This document shows positions 9,909-21,291 of a DNA stretch of 64,000 nucleotides, in pieces (the stretch's first letter is position 1; every line of letters begins with the position of its first letter). The position numbers and the translations under genes are program-made. The DNA comes from a virus (taxonomy: Duplodnaviria; Caudoviricetes). Under the pieces are notes generated by a model. The model searched no databases, was not told where the DNA came from, and saw nothing but the letters and a program-made list of their open reading frames with translations. Where the stretch lies: IMG/VR virus record IMGVR_UViG_3300021400_000126, positions 1 to 64,000 of that record; one strand, given 5' to 3'.

Positions 9909-12164
9909 ATGTATGTAGTAAAAAGAGATGGCAGAGAAATGCCTTTTAATACTGAAAAAATCAAAAAAGCAATTTTAAAATCTTTTAAGGCGGTAGATGG
10001 TTAGATCACCCCATATGCTGAAACAAAAGCAGAAAATATCGCAAATTATATTGAAGGATATTGCGAAGAGGAAATTAAACCACTTTCTATAGAAGAAATT
10101 CAAGACCTCGTAGAAAATGGATTAATGTCAACTAAAAGAAAAGATGTTGCTAAAGCATACATAAAATATAGAGAACAAAGAACAAAAGAACGAAATTGGA
10201 ATAATAAAATGATGCGGGCAGCCCGTAAAAAACTCGCAGGATCTCATATTGAAAATCAAAATGCAAATGTTGATGAACATTCATTTGGCGGTCGCCGCGG
10301 TGAATTTGATTCAATTATTGCTAAACAGTATGCTTTAGATAATTGTATGTCTAAAATGGCTCGTGAAAATCATTTAAATAATGAAATTTATATTCATGAT
10401 TTAGATCATTATGCTGTAGGAGACCACAATTGTTTATCAATACCTTTTGATGATTTATTAGCTAATGGATTTAATACTCGTCAAACAGATGTAAGACCAG
10501 CTAATTCAATTAATACTGCTTTTCAATTAGTAGCTGTATTATTCCAACTTCAAAGTTTACAGCAATTTGGCGGCGTTAGCGCAACGCATTTAGATTGGAC
10601 TATGGTTCCATATGTAAGAAAAAGTTTTTATAAACATTTTTGTGATGGAGTAAAATATTTATGTGATTTATCTGATTCAATTTATGACCATATAAATGAT
10701 AAATTACCAATTAATAGTGAAGAATATCCAATATGTGATAGTTATAAATATGCCATGGATATGACTGAAAAAGAATTACAACAGGCTGTTGAAGGTATGT
10801 ATCACAACCTTAATACACTTCAATCCCGAAGTGGAAATCAGTTACCTTTTACTTCTATTAATTATGGTACTTGTACACTTCCAGAAGGTCGAATGGTCAT
10901 AAAAGCATTACTTGAAGGAAGTATTAAAGGTGTTGGAAAATTTCATAAAACACCAATTTTTCCATGTGGAATTTTTCAAGTTATGAAAGGAGTTAATAAA
11001 GAACCTGACACACCGAATTATGATTTATATAGATTGGCTCTTGAATCAACAGCAAAAAGGTTGTATCCTAATTATGCTAATGTTGATTGGAGCGGAAATG
11101 CAGGTTATGATCCAAAGGACCCAAAAACTTATTTTAGTACAATGGGGTGCCGCACTGCTAATGGCTTTGATATAAATGCCGAGCTAGGTGTCAATCCGCA
11201 AATTAAAGATGGGCGCGGAAATATTTGTCCTGTAACAATTATTCTTCCCACTCTTGCGATGGAAGCTAAAGAATATATAATGAAACATTCTGAATCTTTC
11301 AGCGAAGACTTAGAAGGCCAAACAATTGATAATTTTATGAATTTACTTGATCAAAAAATTCATGAAGCTAAAGACATGCTTCTTGAAAGATTTGAATATA
11401 TTTGTTCACAAGACCCATCTTCTGCAAAATTTATGTGGGAAAACCATACTATGTTAGGTTATAAACCAGAAGAAGGAATTCGTTCTGCTCTTAAACATGG
11501 CACAATAGTAATTGGTCAATTAGGTCTTGCAGAATGCTTACAAATTCTTATTGGTAAGGATCATACAACAAAAGAGGGTATGGAATTAGCTAAACGCATA
11601 GAACAATTATTTAAAGATAGATGCGCTGAATTTAAACAACAATATAGACTTAATTTTGGTGTTTATTACACTCCTGCCGAGAATCTTTGCTATACCGCAA
11701 TGAAAAAATTTCAAGAAAAATATGGTATGATTCCAAATGTTAGTGATAAAGAATTTTTTACTAATAGTATTCATGTCCCAGTTTGGAAAGAAATTGATCC
11801 TTTTACAAAAATTGATATTGAAAGTCAATTAACAGGATACTCAAGTGCGGGATGTATTACTTATGTAGAATTAGACAGTGGAATTTTACATAATATAGAC
11901 GCTCTTGAGCAAATTGTAAATTATGCTATGGATAAAGATATTCCATATTTTGCTTTAAATATTCCAAATGATTTATGTTTAGATTGTGGATATACAGGAG
12001 AAATTAATAATAAATGTCCAATGTGCAGCGGGGAATCAATTCAAAGATTAAGACGTGTTACTGGATATTTAACAGGAGATTATAAAACAGCTTTTAATTT
12101 TGGGAAACAACAAGAAACAGAATTAAGATTTAAACACTCCACTTTGCTAAGGGGATATAAATAA
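9909..12164 (+). CDS. nrdD: class III anaerobic ribonucleotide reductase with N-terminal ATP cone (one in-frame TAG)
   Basis: AGGAGG RBS, ATG 9909 gives MYVVKRDG (ATP cone); TAG at 10002-10004; IYIHDLD, MGCRT, CLDCG..CPMC and RRVTGYL motifs. Confidence 0.93.
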
Positions 12165-12165
12165 A

Positions 12166-12651
12166 ATGAATAGATATGCAGGATTAATATTAAATGATTT
12201 TGCAAATGGGACTGGAACTTGTGTAAGTTTTTGGACTCAAGGTTGTCCGCATAGATGCCCGGGATGTCAAAACCCAGAAACTTGGGATTTTAATGGAGGC
12301 AAAGAACTTCCAAATGATATTAGAGGACAAATTGTAAAAGCTATTTCAGCAAATGGAATTACTCGAAATTTTTCAATTTTAGGCGGAGAACCTTTATGTT
12401 CTCAAAATTTAGAAGAGGTAGATAATATTATAACCGCTGTTAGAACTGCCTACCCGCACATAAAAATTTTTGTATGGACTGGATATACGTTAGAAGAATT
12501 ACAAAGCAATCAAAATAATCATATACAATCTATTTTAGATAAAATAGATATTTTAATAGATGGTAGATACATTGAAGAAGAAAGGGATATTACATTAAAT
12601 TTAAGAGGAAGTAAAAATCAAAGAATTTTATATAAAAATATAGATTTTTAA
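12166..12651 (+). CDS. nrdG: anaerobic RNR activating radical-SAM protein
   Basis: CPHRCPGC, GGEPL, RGSKNQR; adjacent to nrdD. Confidence 0.93.
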   Translation: MNRYAGLILNDFANGTGTCVSFWTQGCPHRCPGCQNPETWDFNGGKELPNDIRGQIVKAISANGITRNFSILGGEPLCSQNLEEVDNIITAVRTAYPHIKIFVWTGYTLEELQSNQNNHIQSILDKIDILIDGRYIEEERDITLNLRGSKNQRILYKNIDF

Positions 12652-12660
12652 GGAGTTAAA

Positions 12661-13047
12661 ATGAGTAAAGATATTTCATTAGGAACATTGTATGATTTAA
12701 ATAAAAGAGCTATTATGAAAGAAAAACCTCTATCTTTAAAGCAAATTAAAAAAATTATGCCAAAAATAGAGGACTGGTTTAATTGGCAATTAGATGGATA
12801 TGCAATGTTACTATGTAGAGAAAGATATGATTTTACAGTTTTCCATTTATATGAAGTTGGAAATAAAAATCCCTGTCAAGTTGCTGTAAAAGAATTAATA
12901 GATTTATTACACAATAGAGGAGAAATCATTTCAATTGAAAAAGATTCCGACAAAATGAATAACGCCTGGGAAATTTGGTTAAAAATAGATAATGAGGCAT
13001 TTGCTTATTATTTATTTAATTGTGATGAAATGGTTATCCAGTGTTAA
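12661..13047 (+). CDS. hypothetical phage protein
   Basis: ORF with AAGGAG RBS, operonic. Confidence 0.75.
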   Translation: MSKDISLGTLYDLNKRAIMKEKPLSLKQIKKIMPKIEDWFNWQLDGYAMLLCRERYDFTVFHLYEVGNKNPCQVAVKELIDLLHNRGEIISIEKDSDKMNNAWEIWLKIDNEAFAYYLFNCDEMVIQC

Positions 13048-13061
13048 GAAAGGAACCTTAT

Positions 13062-13322
13062 ATGAGAAAAATTATTGGAATTATTCATCCTTTTGATATT
13101 TATCAAACTTTTTATGTTTATGAAAATGGAAATAAACTTGAAGTAGTTCAAGCAAGAATGAAAGATGTTCCTAGTACAGTATTATAGTTATCTCAAACTT
13201 ATAATATTGACCAAATTGATTTATCAGGAGCTAAACATTATATAAAAGGAATTATTAGACAAATTAAAGAATAGGAATTCTTAAAATATAGTGAAAACAA
13301 ATTAAAAATTAGATGTATTTAA
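13062..13322 (+). CDS. hypothetical protein, 86 aa with two in-frame TAG (absent from ORF track)
   Basis: AAGGA RBS, ATG 13062, TAG at 13185 and 13272, TAA 13320-13322; exactly fills the gap between its neighbours. Confidence 0.7.
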
Positions 13323-13335
13323 AAGGAGATAAAAA

Positions 13336-13581
13336 ATGTCAAAATACTTAGTAAGCACAACTGAAACTTATAGAGTAGATAGTGAAAGTGAAGCAACAAG
13401 AGCAATTGAAGAAGCTAAAAAAGATAATTCTTATATACTTAGTAAATATACTAATGAACATAAAGAAAGAAAATCAAAAGGTGAAGTTATTGATGAATAT
13501 TGGAAATTAACTCTTACTAAAAACTTTAATGATATTAAAGAACCAAATAGTATTATTACAGTTGACTATGAGGTAGAATAA
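13336..13581 (+). CDS. hypothetical phage protein
   Basis: AAGGAG RBS, operonic. Confidence 0.75.
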   Translation: MSKYLVSTTETYRVDSESEATRAIEEAKKDNSYILSKYTNEHKERKSKGEVIDEYWKLTLTKNFNDIKEPNSIITVDYEVE

Positions 13582-14022
13582 ATGGAAAACATTAAAGTTA
13601 AAAAGTTAAATAATTTAGCTAAACTTCCAACAAGAGGAAGTAATTATGCGGCGGGATATGATTTATATGCAGCAACTGACTATATTATTGATATTGCCCC
13701 TCATTCAACTGTAAAAATTGGAACAGGTTTATCTTTTGAATTACCTAAGAATACTTTCGCGGCAATTGTCGCAAGGTCTGGTATTGCTACAAAAAGAGGT
13801 CTCCGTCCCGCAAACTGTGTAGGTATTTGTGATAGTGACTATAGAGGCGAGTACATTGTAGCATTACATAATGATACAGATGAAATGCAAAGCATCGAAC
13901 CGCAAGAGCGTATTGCACAAATGATTCTAATGCCTTTTATTGAAATGAATTTTAGTGAAAAGAATGAGCTTTCTGATACGAAACGTGGTTCTGGTGGTTT
14001 TGGTGAGTCTGGTAGATTTTAA
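13582..14022 (+). CDS. dut: trimeric dUTPase
   Basis: AAGYDL, ARSG, GICDSDYRGE, RIAQ, RGSGGFGESG. Confidence 0.95.
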   Translation: MENIKVKKLNNLAKLPTRGSNYAAGYDLYAATDYIIDIAPHSTVKIGTGLSFELPKNTFAAIVARSGIATKRGLRPANCVGICDSDYRGEYIVALHNDTDEMQSIEPQERIAQMILMPFIEMNFSEKNELSDTKRGSGGFGESGRF

Positions 14023-14040
14023 TAAGGGAGTTGAAACAGT

Positions 14041-14556
14041 ATGCAAATTAAAAAAACAGGAAAAAAGAAATATCCACTTTATATAAAACCAAAAAAGGGA
14101 CATGGATTTTACGTTCCTGCTCAACAAAATTTTGGAAATGATTTTGTAAAACACCATGGATGTTCTCTTGTTGGTTTTTATGTTGCTATGTATTTTATTG
14201 GGAAACATAAAACAATGGCAAGATTATTAAAATGGAGTAAAAAACATCTTAAAATTAAAAGTAAAATTCCGTTATCAGAAGTTTATAAAGGATTAAAGAA
14301 ACTTGCTCCAAAAGCTGAAATCACTTTCAGACGAAAAGTAACAGCTCAAGAAGTACGAACTGCATTAGCTAGAGGATATCTTGTTTTACTTGAAACAAAA
14401 GACCCAATTCACACTAATCCCATTATGTGGGATGATACAAAATGTTGCGTAAGAAACTTTAGTCATGGTAAAAAAGAAAAAATTAACATTGATAAATATG
14501 TAAAAAATCAATGTACTAATGACACTTATCGCGGCTGCATTTTTGTAAAACCATAA
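14041..14556 (+). CDS. basic protein, possible C39-like cysteine peptidase fold
   Basis: QQNF...HGCSL followed by a later PIH, resembling papain-like C39 spacing (weak). Confidence 0.45.
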   Translation: MQIKKTGKKKYPLYIKPKKGHGFYVPAQQNFGNDFVKHHGCSLVGFYVAMYFIGKHKTMARLLKWSKKHLKIKSKIPLSEVYKGLKKLAPKAEITFRRKVTAQEVRTALARGYLVLLETKDPIHTNPIMWDDTKCCVRNFSHGKKEKINIDKYVKNQCTNDTYRGCIFVKP

Positions 14557-14559
14557 AAA

Positions 14560-14599
14560 AATAAGGGGATAAATGATTAATTTCATTTATCCCCTTATT
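14560..14599. terminator. bidirectional terminator between convergent replication and virion modules
   Basis: 17-bp perfect stem AATAAGGGGATAAATGA / TCATTTATCCCCTTATT. Confidence 0.85.
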
Positions 14600-14600
14600 A

Positions 14601-15134
14601 TTATTTTATATCTCTTCCACCATTCGCATATTTAGCAAACTCCATTACATTTTTAAATTGTTCTGGATTAAAGTTTTCTACTATCTTTGCGGCGGCTTCT
14701 GCATTACTAGGTAAATCATTAATAAATTTATTAATAATTGAAGTAACGCTTCTATTCTCTTTTGTTTTTTCTTTTCTAATTGTATTTAATTGAGTAAATA
14801 ACTCATTATATTCATTCTCATCTAACGCTTGATAAAATAATTCAAAAAATCCATTACTCTTTAAATTATTATAAATCTTAAATTCATCTTCCCGCTGTTT
14901 TTCTGTAAAGGAAATATTGGTATACATATAAACTAAATTTAATTCAAAATAAAAATTTAATTTAAAATCATTGTAAATACCATTTTCTAAAGATTTTTGT
15001 AATGTAATCATTAATAAATCATATTTATCTTGTGCGGGAAGATATTTTAATACTTCAATTTTTTGTCCACAAAAATCAAAAGTATTTACATTTGTGTTCA
15101 TTTTTAATTTCATATTTGCATATGATACTTTCAT
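14601..15134 (-). CDS. hypothetical virion-module protein (possible tail assembly chaperone)
   Basis: Intact ORF with AAGGAG RBS, downstream of the major tail gene. Confidence 0.65.
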   Translation of the reverse strand: MKVSYANMKLKMNTNVNTFDFCGQKIEVLKYLPAQDKYDLLMITLQKSLENGIYNDFKLNFYFELNLVYMYTNISFTEKQREDEFKIYNNLKSNGFFELFYQALDENEYNELFTQLNTIRKEKTKENRSVTSIINKFINDLPSNAEAAAKIVENFNPEQFKNVMEFAKYANGGRDIK

Positions 15135-15155
15135 TTTTAAATCTCCTTTTATCTC

Positions 15156-16316
15156 TTAAAATGAATCTTCTAATTTAACTAAAATATTTTCAGCTTTTGC
15201 TAAATCCAATACAACACTATCTGATGCATTTTTAGCTTTCTTTTTTGAGCTATCAGAAATCATTTTAGCTATTTTTTCTTTACTTTCTTTATCATTATAA
15301 ATTCTATTTCTCTATTTTGATTCCTATTTTGAATCTCTTGTAAATACATTTCTAATTTCTTCAAAATTTCCTTTTCCCACTTTTCTAATTAAATCAATTA
15401 AGGGTTCATGAGATCCAGTTTGAGCTGACCCCGACTTTGCAGAAATTTGTAAAGTATTTTCTAAAGCTTGTATATCTTGAACTAATGTGCCTGCGGTATT
15501 ATCTACTTCACCAATATAAGTTGTAAAAATTCCAATATCCTTTTCTATCTCATTAACTAAATTAGGTTGTTTCGTTACCATAGCAATGTAACCTTCTTTT
15601 ACATCTCCAAGTGTAGTTATATAAAATTTTTTCCAAGTTCCATCTGGCTTGTATAATAATAAAGCCTATCCATAATATCTTCCTTTTCCTATTACATTAT
15701 AAAAAACATTTAATCTTCTTCTACTTTCTTGATAAATTTTTATATAAGAATCTTGTACAATAATTTTACTATATAAATTACTATGATCATCCTTATTATT
15801 AATGAAATTCAACATTTGATTATTAGACTTTAATTTTCCTTGAAAATCTGATAATGAATTTCTAATAAAATTTTCCATAGCAGAAAAACCTTGTAATTTA
15901 ATAACTATTGGAGTTAAATCTTTATCTTCTATTACAATTTCTTGAATAAATTCCTTACCTAAAGTTTTTAAAAATACAGTTTTAAATCCAGTTAATAAAC
16001 TTTCTAATTTTCTTGAAGCATTTGCCAAAGTAGATACTGTTGTCTTTATAGATTCTTTTGCTCTCTATCCTCCATAAGAGGATTGCTATTCAGGGTTTAT
16101 TAAATTTTGTAATTGCATTCGATGAGCAACTAAGCCTTTTCCTTTTATTTTATTTTCTTCTTTATAATAATTATCATAAAAATTAATAAAATTTTCACAA
16201 ATTTCTTTTAGACCGCCTTCTAAAATTGTTTTTGCATCTTCTTTATTTAATAATCTTTGTAATTCTTGTAAAATCTATTGAGCTTCAGAATTAAATTGAC
16301 TATTATCAACAGCCAT
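15156..16316 (-). CDS. hypothetical protein, 386 aa with several in-frame TAG
   Basis: AGGTGA RBS, ATG 16316, single frame to TAA 15156 joining track ORFs 15666..16028 and 15324..15581. Confidence 0.7.
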
Positions 16317-16336
16317 ACTTTATCACCTATATAAAA

Positions 16337-16366
16337 AAATAGGGGATTAAAAATAACCCCCTATTT
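16337..16366 (-). terminator. intrinsic terminator after the major tail gene
   Basis: AAATAGGGG / CCCCTATTT stem with U-tract on the - strand. Confidence 0.7.
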
Positions 16367-16381
16367 AATTCTTATTAATCA

Positions 16382-17338
16382 TTAACCCTGTGCGTCATCA
16401 GTTTCACCATCGCTATTTCCATCTACAGAATCCTTAATAGATTCATCAATATTGAAACCAGTAGGATGTGGGAATAACGGTTTAGCATCATTCTTAGCTT
16501 CAGTCGCATCATCAACAATCTGAATAGCACATAAAACCTTATTAGTTCTATTGAAATATGTGTAACCTGGGAATGCATCCATAGTAAATGTAAATGTACT
16601 AGGATCACCTGTAGAAGCCATAGAGAATGTAAAGTTAGATTGAATCTTAACATTCGGGAATGTTAAGTTGGCAGGTAAATCTTTACCATCGGATTGACGT
16701 CTAAATAATGTATCTGCCTCTACATAGTAATAACCAGCAAAGTTTTCAGCATCAATTTGAAGCTCAGAAACAGTTCCTTCAGCTTTGAGAACATAATAAT
16801 CAACCATAACAGCGCCACTAACTGCATCTGCTCCTGATGCACGAGTAAGTTTTCTTCCATCTGTATCAACAGACCAGTTTTTAATAACCTCACCAGTAAT
16901 GTCTCCATGAGCATCAAGCTTCATTACATAAATTGGAGCAGTAGGACAAATTTTTTCACCAGCCTCTAAAGCATCATCAAGATCAATTTCTCCATTACCA
17001 ATAACTGCATTAGTTGTTTGATGGAAATGAATCTTTTTAGTAGAGCTTGCGGCACCTTTAATAACGCCAGCACCAGATAACATAGCAAAACTAATCGGAG
17101 AAAGTAAAGCATCTTCAACTGTAAATGTTAAAGTTTTCTCACCTTCCCAGGCAATCAAACGAGTATTACCACGACCACCTGTTGCATATACAGTAGTAGC
17201 CGCACCTTCCATGGAAGAAGTTTTTGCAGAGTCTAAGTAGAATACAGGTTGTCCTTTTTCAAAAGTATAAGGTCCAATTTTTTGCTGATTCTTTGCTTTA
17301 AACACTACATTAGCAATTTCACGAACACCAAATTTCAT
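16382..17338 (-). CDS. major tail (tube) protein
   Basis: MKFGVREI...YATGGRGN..LIAWEGE...GDPSTFTFTMD resembles tail-tube proteins of large Bacillota siphoviruses; follows neck genes; no TAG. Confidence 0.75.
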   Translation of the reverse strand: MKFGVREIANVVFKAKNQQKIGPYTFEKGQPVFYLDSAKTSSMEGAATTVYATGGRGNTRLIAWEGEKTLTFTVEDALLSPISFAMLSGAGVIKGAASSTKKIHFHQTTNAVIGNGEIDLDDALEAGEKICPTAPIYVMKLDAHGDITGEVIKNWSVDTDGRKLTRASGADAVSGAVMVDYYVLKAEGTVSELQIDAENFAGYYYVEADTLFRRQSDGKDLPANLTFPNVKIQSNFTFSMASTGDPSTFTFTMDAFPGYTYFNRTNKVLCAIQIVDDATEAKNDAKPLFPHPTGFNIDESIKDSVDGNSDGETDDAQG

Positions 17339-17386
17339 TTGGATTTCCTCCTTATATTTTATACGAAATATGATTTTATTGTTTTT

Positions 17387-18124
17387 TTATTCCTAATGAA
17401 TATCCTTTAACCAGTCTTCAGGATCTTCCATGCCAGTTGCACCGGCAATTTTAAATCTCTACCAAGAGTCATAATGTAATTTTAACTCAAACCGTTTAAA
17501 TTCATCCATTAATTGATAAACAGTATAATTCATATAACTATTTATATCTTTTTGTAAGCCTACTGCTAAAACAGAAATATAGCGACTAAAAATAGCAACT
17601 TTAGTATCAGGCGCCAGCTTCGCCTTCTACTGTCTACCTCTTTTAATTTTATTTGCAATCTTTTTAGCTAACTATCCACTTGGATTATACTATTTATCTT
17701 CTTGATTTGAAAGACAAAACATATCAATTAAGATTTGCTTAAAGGTCTAAAAATTTTCATTATTAATTTCTTTAACCTAACCACTCTAAGGATTTCTTAA
17801 TTGTATTACATTCTTTCTCAACAAAATCTCATTTGTTGGGAACAGCAGTGCAAGAATAGACATTAATTTTACACGAGCCTATTTTGACTCTATTGATTTT
17901 TCTTGCACTACCGTCATTATTATATTAAAATTTGATATATTAGATAAACCAACTTTGTCCTAATCAAGTAATATTTCTTTATCAAATTTTAATAACTAAC
18001 ATCCAGTCCAAAAATGCTATTCAGTGATATATGCAATTTCTTTTAAAGTAGGCTGATGAATAGTAAATCCTGCCTAAGGAAAAGGAATATCATTTCCAGA
18101 AATCAAAAGTAATTCATCAATCAT
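17387..18124 (-). CDS. conserved hypothetical virion-module protein, 245 aa with about 13 in-frame TAG (absent from ORF track)
   Basis: ATG overlaps upstream TGA (ATGA at 18121-18124); frame has no TAA/TGA until 17387; IHQPTLKEIAYI, YTVYQLMDEF. Confidence 0.75.
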
Positions 18125-18723
18125 CTTTTTATCCAATCATGCTAACTTGGTAAAACATCATCCGTACCATGAATCGCAAAATAAGTTAATGTATATCCAG
18201 ATAATGTTTCATCTAATACCAATTCATTGCATCCTAAAAATTGAAAAGTCCCAATTCCTGACAAACGAGCATTGTTTAAAATTCCATCAATATACCCACA
18301 AATTTTTAAAGGTCTAAGCCTAAAATTACCAAGGTCCCAATAGTCAGTATGACATAATACATCAATATGAACATTGCAGTCTCTAAATTGCGGATTTGTC
18401 TCATTTGTCCTAAAATTATCAAAAGAAAAAATCAAATAAGTTTTAATTTCTTCATGCTCAGGCATTTTTATCTTAGGTTCAAATTTGATATATCCCTATT
18501 CTCTTAATTTAGAAAGACTCATATCTTTAATAGCATCTTGATAAACCAAACTTGTTGTATTATCTAAACAATCTTTTGTATTTATTACTAATAATTTTTT
18601 TAAATCATTACTATAAGGCTGACTTTCTACAAACAATTTTCTTAAAATTGCTTCTAAATCTTTTTCGCAAGATAAAAAAGATGAAGTAAAATCAGTTGGC
18701 CTTAAAGCTAAATCTCTTTTCAT
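18121..18723 (-). CDS. putative tail terminator/neck protein (two in-frame TAG)
   Basis: Joins track ORFs 18496..18723 and 18142..18465 in one frame ending at TGA 18121; AAGGAG RBS. Confidence 0.7.
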
Positions 18724-18749
18724 ATGTTTTATCCAACTCCTTTTATCTC

Positions 18750-19736
18750 TTAAAGAGAAACAATTTCAACTTCTAATGTAATATCATCATTTCCCTATAC
18801 TCTATATATCAAGGTAAATTTTCCTAACTCCCCAATGGAAACATTTAAAGGTATAATTTTTAAAGAACTATTTAAATCTTGTTCTTGTCCTTTCCATTTT
18901 AAAAACCATTTTCCACCATCTGCATTACAAATTTCATAATAAGCTTTACTATACTGGGTTACAGATACTGGACCTTTTATATAAGGAGCGGTTTTATTTA
19001 CCGAACTATCTTTATTTATTGCAGACTATTTTTCTTTTTCAGCCTTATCCGCAATTGTATTTTCAAAAAATTCATCTAAAAAGACCTGTAAAATTCCATC
19101 TCCATAATAAGGATCGACACCAACTACTTGCCAGGTTTTTTCCTTATTAAATTTAGGATTAAAAATTTTAACTGTTTTAAATCTTTCAAAATGACTATTG
19201 GTTAATTCATCCGCGGTAATATACATTACCAATGAATAATTTAAAGTATTCCATTCAATACCTGCCTTTTGAGTCCATTCAATTGATGTCTCAACAGGTC
19301 CACGAATATAAACCCAATAAGATTTATCTCCTATTTTTACCTACTGATCGCACCTACGAATTTCAGACCTAAAGTAAGCATCTTCTTCAATATATTCCAA
19401 ATAAACTAACCAATGAGTATCAGTTTCTTTCCAAGTAAAAACATCCCCAGCTTTTATTCCTATCTCTTCCTATCCCTAAGAAGTTTTTCCAACTCTAGGA
19501 GAATTTAAACATACATCTTTATACGGAATAGATAAAATTTTATTATCATAAGCGGGTTTATTTCTATTTGGATTAATTAAACATCTAAACTATCTACCAT
19601 CAGCAAGAACTGCGGTTGCGGCTTGATAAGAATATAATAAAGCTCTTTTTAACCCTATTAATTTATCTTTTATAAACCTTTGTTCTTGATTACCACCTTG
19701 GTATTGTAATCTTTTATTTAATAATTCTACGGACAT
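18750..19736 (-). CDS. putative head-closure/neck protein (several in-frame TAG)
   Basis: Single frame ATG 19736 to TAA 18750; DGR*FRCLINP, GDVFTW, EEDAYFRSEIRRC. Confidence 0.7.
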
Positions 19737-20047
19737 ATTTGTTTTTGTAAATCATTCATTAAACTTAAACATTCAAAAATAGTTCTTCTATAACAAGAAA
19801 AATCCATTTCCTAAGTTAATGAATAAAGTCCTTCCAATTTATTTAAAAGAGGGAAAAAAATCTATGGATAGCCGCAATCCATTAATCTTTGCATTCCCGC
19901 CAATTCTTCCAAAATAGTTTCTAAAGGTTTTTCCCAATCAATTCCTTCTTCTCTATTTGGTAAAAGTTTATAAGTTTGATTAATAAGATTTTGTAATCTA
20001 TTAAAAATTATTTTATTTTCTATCTAAACATTATATTTTAGTATCAT
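19718..20047 (-). CDS. hypothetical virion-module protein (in-frame TAG)
   Basis: ATG overlaps upstream TGA; YKLLPNREE, KLEGL, RRTIFECL. Confidence 0.65.
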
Positions 20048-20616
20048 AAAACCCCATCCTTTAAATCTTTAAAAGTATAATCGACAGGGGTCCTAAGTAT
20101 TCCAAAAGTTGATCGCATAATTCCATTTTTATCTGGAATCCTTCTTTTATAAAGTCTTTGTAAATGAAAGCCTTCACGCTCATAATCTTTTTTTAATTGA
20201 AGAAGTTTTTGCATATGATTTGCTTGAGAAGTAAATTTAAAATCAGAGCCACTGTATTTCATTCTTGTATTTTCAACACTTGCAAGTTGTTGACTTAACC
20301 ACTCTACAATCATATACACAGCTAAAATGTTTATTTCTTCATGTGTCAATCTATTGTTAAAGCAACCACCCTAATAAATTACCATTGGAACGTCCTAATC
20401 ATCACTTTCTACTCCATTGTAAATTCTTTCATCAATAATCTCAAAAAGGTCATAATTAGTTAAGTCAATTCTAGGGAACTAAAATTTATCAATAGCAGAT
20501 AAAAGAAGTTGCTCTAGCATCCTAAAAGTGTCTATTTCCGTTAATTCTAAATACATATCATCTGTAATCTTAGAAAGAAAGGAGTCATATACAAGTGAAA
20601 AAGAAGTAGTATTCAT
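20044..20616 (-). CDS. putative head-tail adaptor (three in-frame TAG)
   Basis: AAGGAGG RBS, ATG 20616; FLSKITDDMY, KF*FPR, DFKFTSQANHMQKL. Confidence 0.72.
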
Positions 20617-20638
20617 TTATATTCCTCCTTATATAAAA

Positions 20639-21211
20639 TTATTTTCCGATAATTATTTTAGCTCTCCGCTTAGATGCATCATTAGTAGTTTTCACAGGTG
20701 CGGTTCTTCTTGTTTTTGAAGAAGTGTTCTCATTAGATTCTTCTGTTTCACCATCAAATTTAGTATTTTTAATTTCAATTGCTTTTGTTACATTGAAATT
20801 TAATTTATCTTGAATAGCCTGTCTTTTTTCCATATCATTTAAAGGTAAATCAACCGCCATTTCTTTAATAATTTCTTTAGTTACAGAAGGAGCAAAATCA
20901 AGACAATCTAAAAATTGATCTAATGTTCCTGTTAACATTAATTTTTTAATATCTTCTCGATTATAATGATATTCTGGTTCAACATTAGATTCAAAAAGCT
21001 GTTTTATAGCCTCTTCATCTTCAATTTCTAAAAATTCTCTTAAAATTACTTCGCCACCTGGTGAATAATAAACTTTCTCTAATTCATCATAAGTAATTTC
21101 TCTAGTTTGATTCGGATAAAAATTTCTATGTAAATTAGTATCAGGGACATCATAACCAACTGTCCCACCAAATTTATTTTTAACTTTAATAATAGTATCT
21201 TTATTAACCAT
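20639..21211 (-). CDS. conserved hypothetical protein downstream of the capsid gene
   Basis: Intact ORF, AAGGAG RBS. Confidence 0.75.
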   Translation of the reverse strand: MVNKDTIIKVKNKFGGTVGYDVPDTNLHRNFYPNQTREITYDELEKVYYSPGGEVILREFLEIEDEEAIKQLFESNVEPEYHYNREDIKKLMLTGTLDQFLDCLDFAPSVTKEIIKEMAVDLPLNDMEKRQAIQDKLNFNVTKAIEIKNTKFDGETEESNENTSSKTRRTAPVKTTNDASKRRAKIIIGK

Positions 21212-21238
21212 ATTATATTTACTCCTTTTATCTCCAAA

Positions 21239-21271
21239 AATAAGGGAGAATTATAAAAATTCTCCCTTATT
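21239..21271 (-). terminator. intrinsic terminator after the major capsid gene
   Basis: AATAAGGGAGAATT / AATTCTCCCTTATT stem. Confidence 0.8.
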
Positions 21272-21291
21272 TATTTTTGTATTGTTAATTA

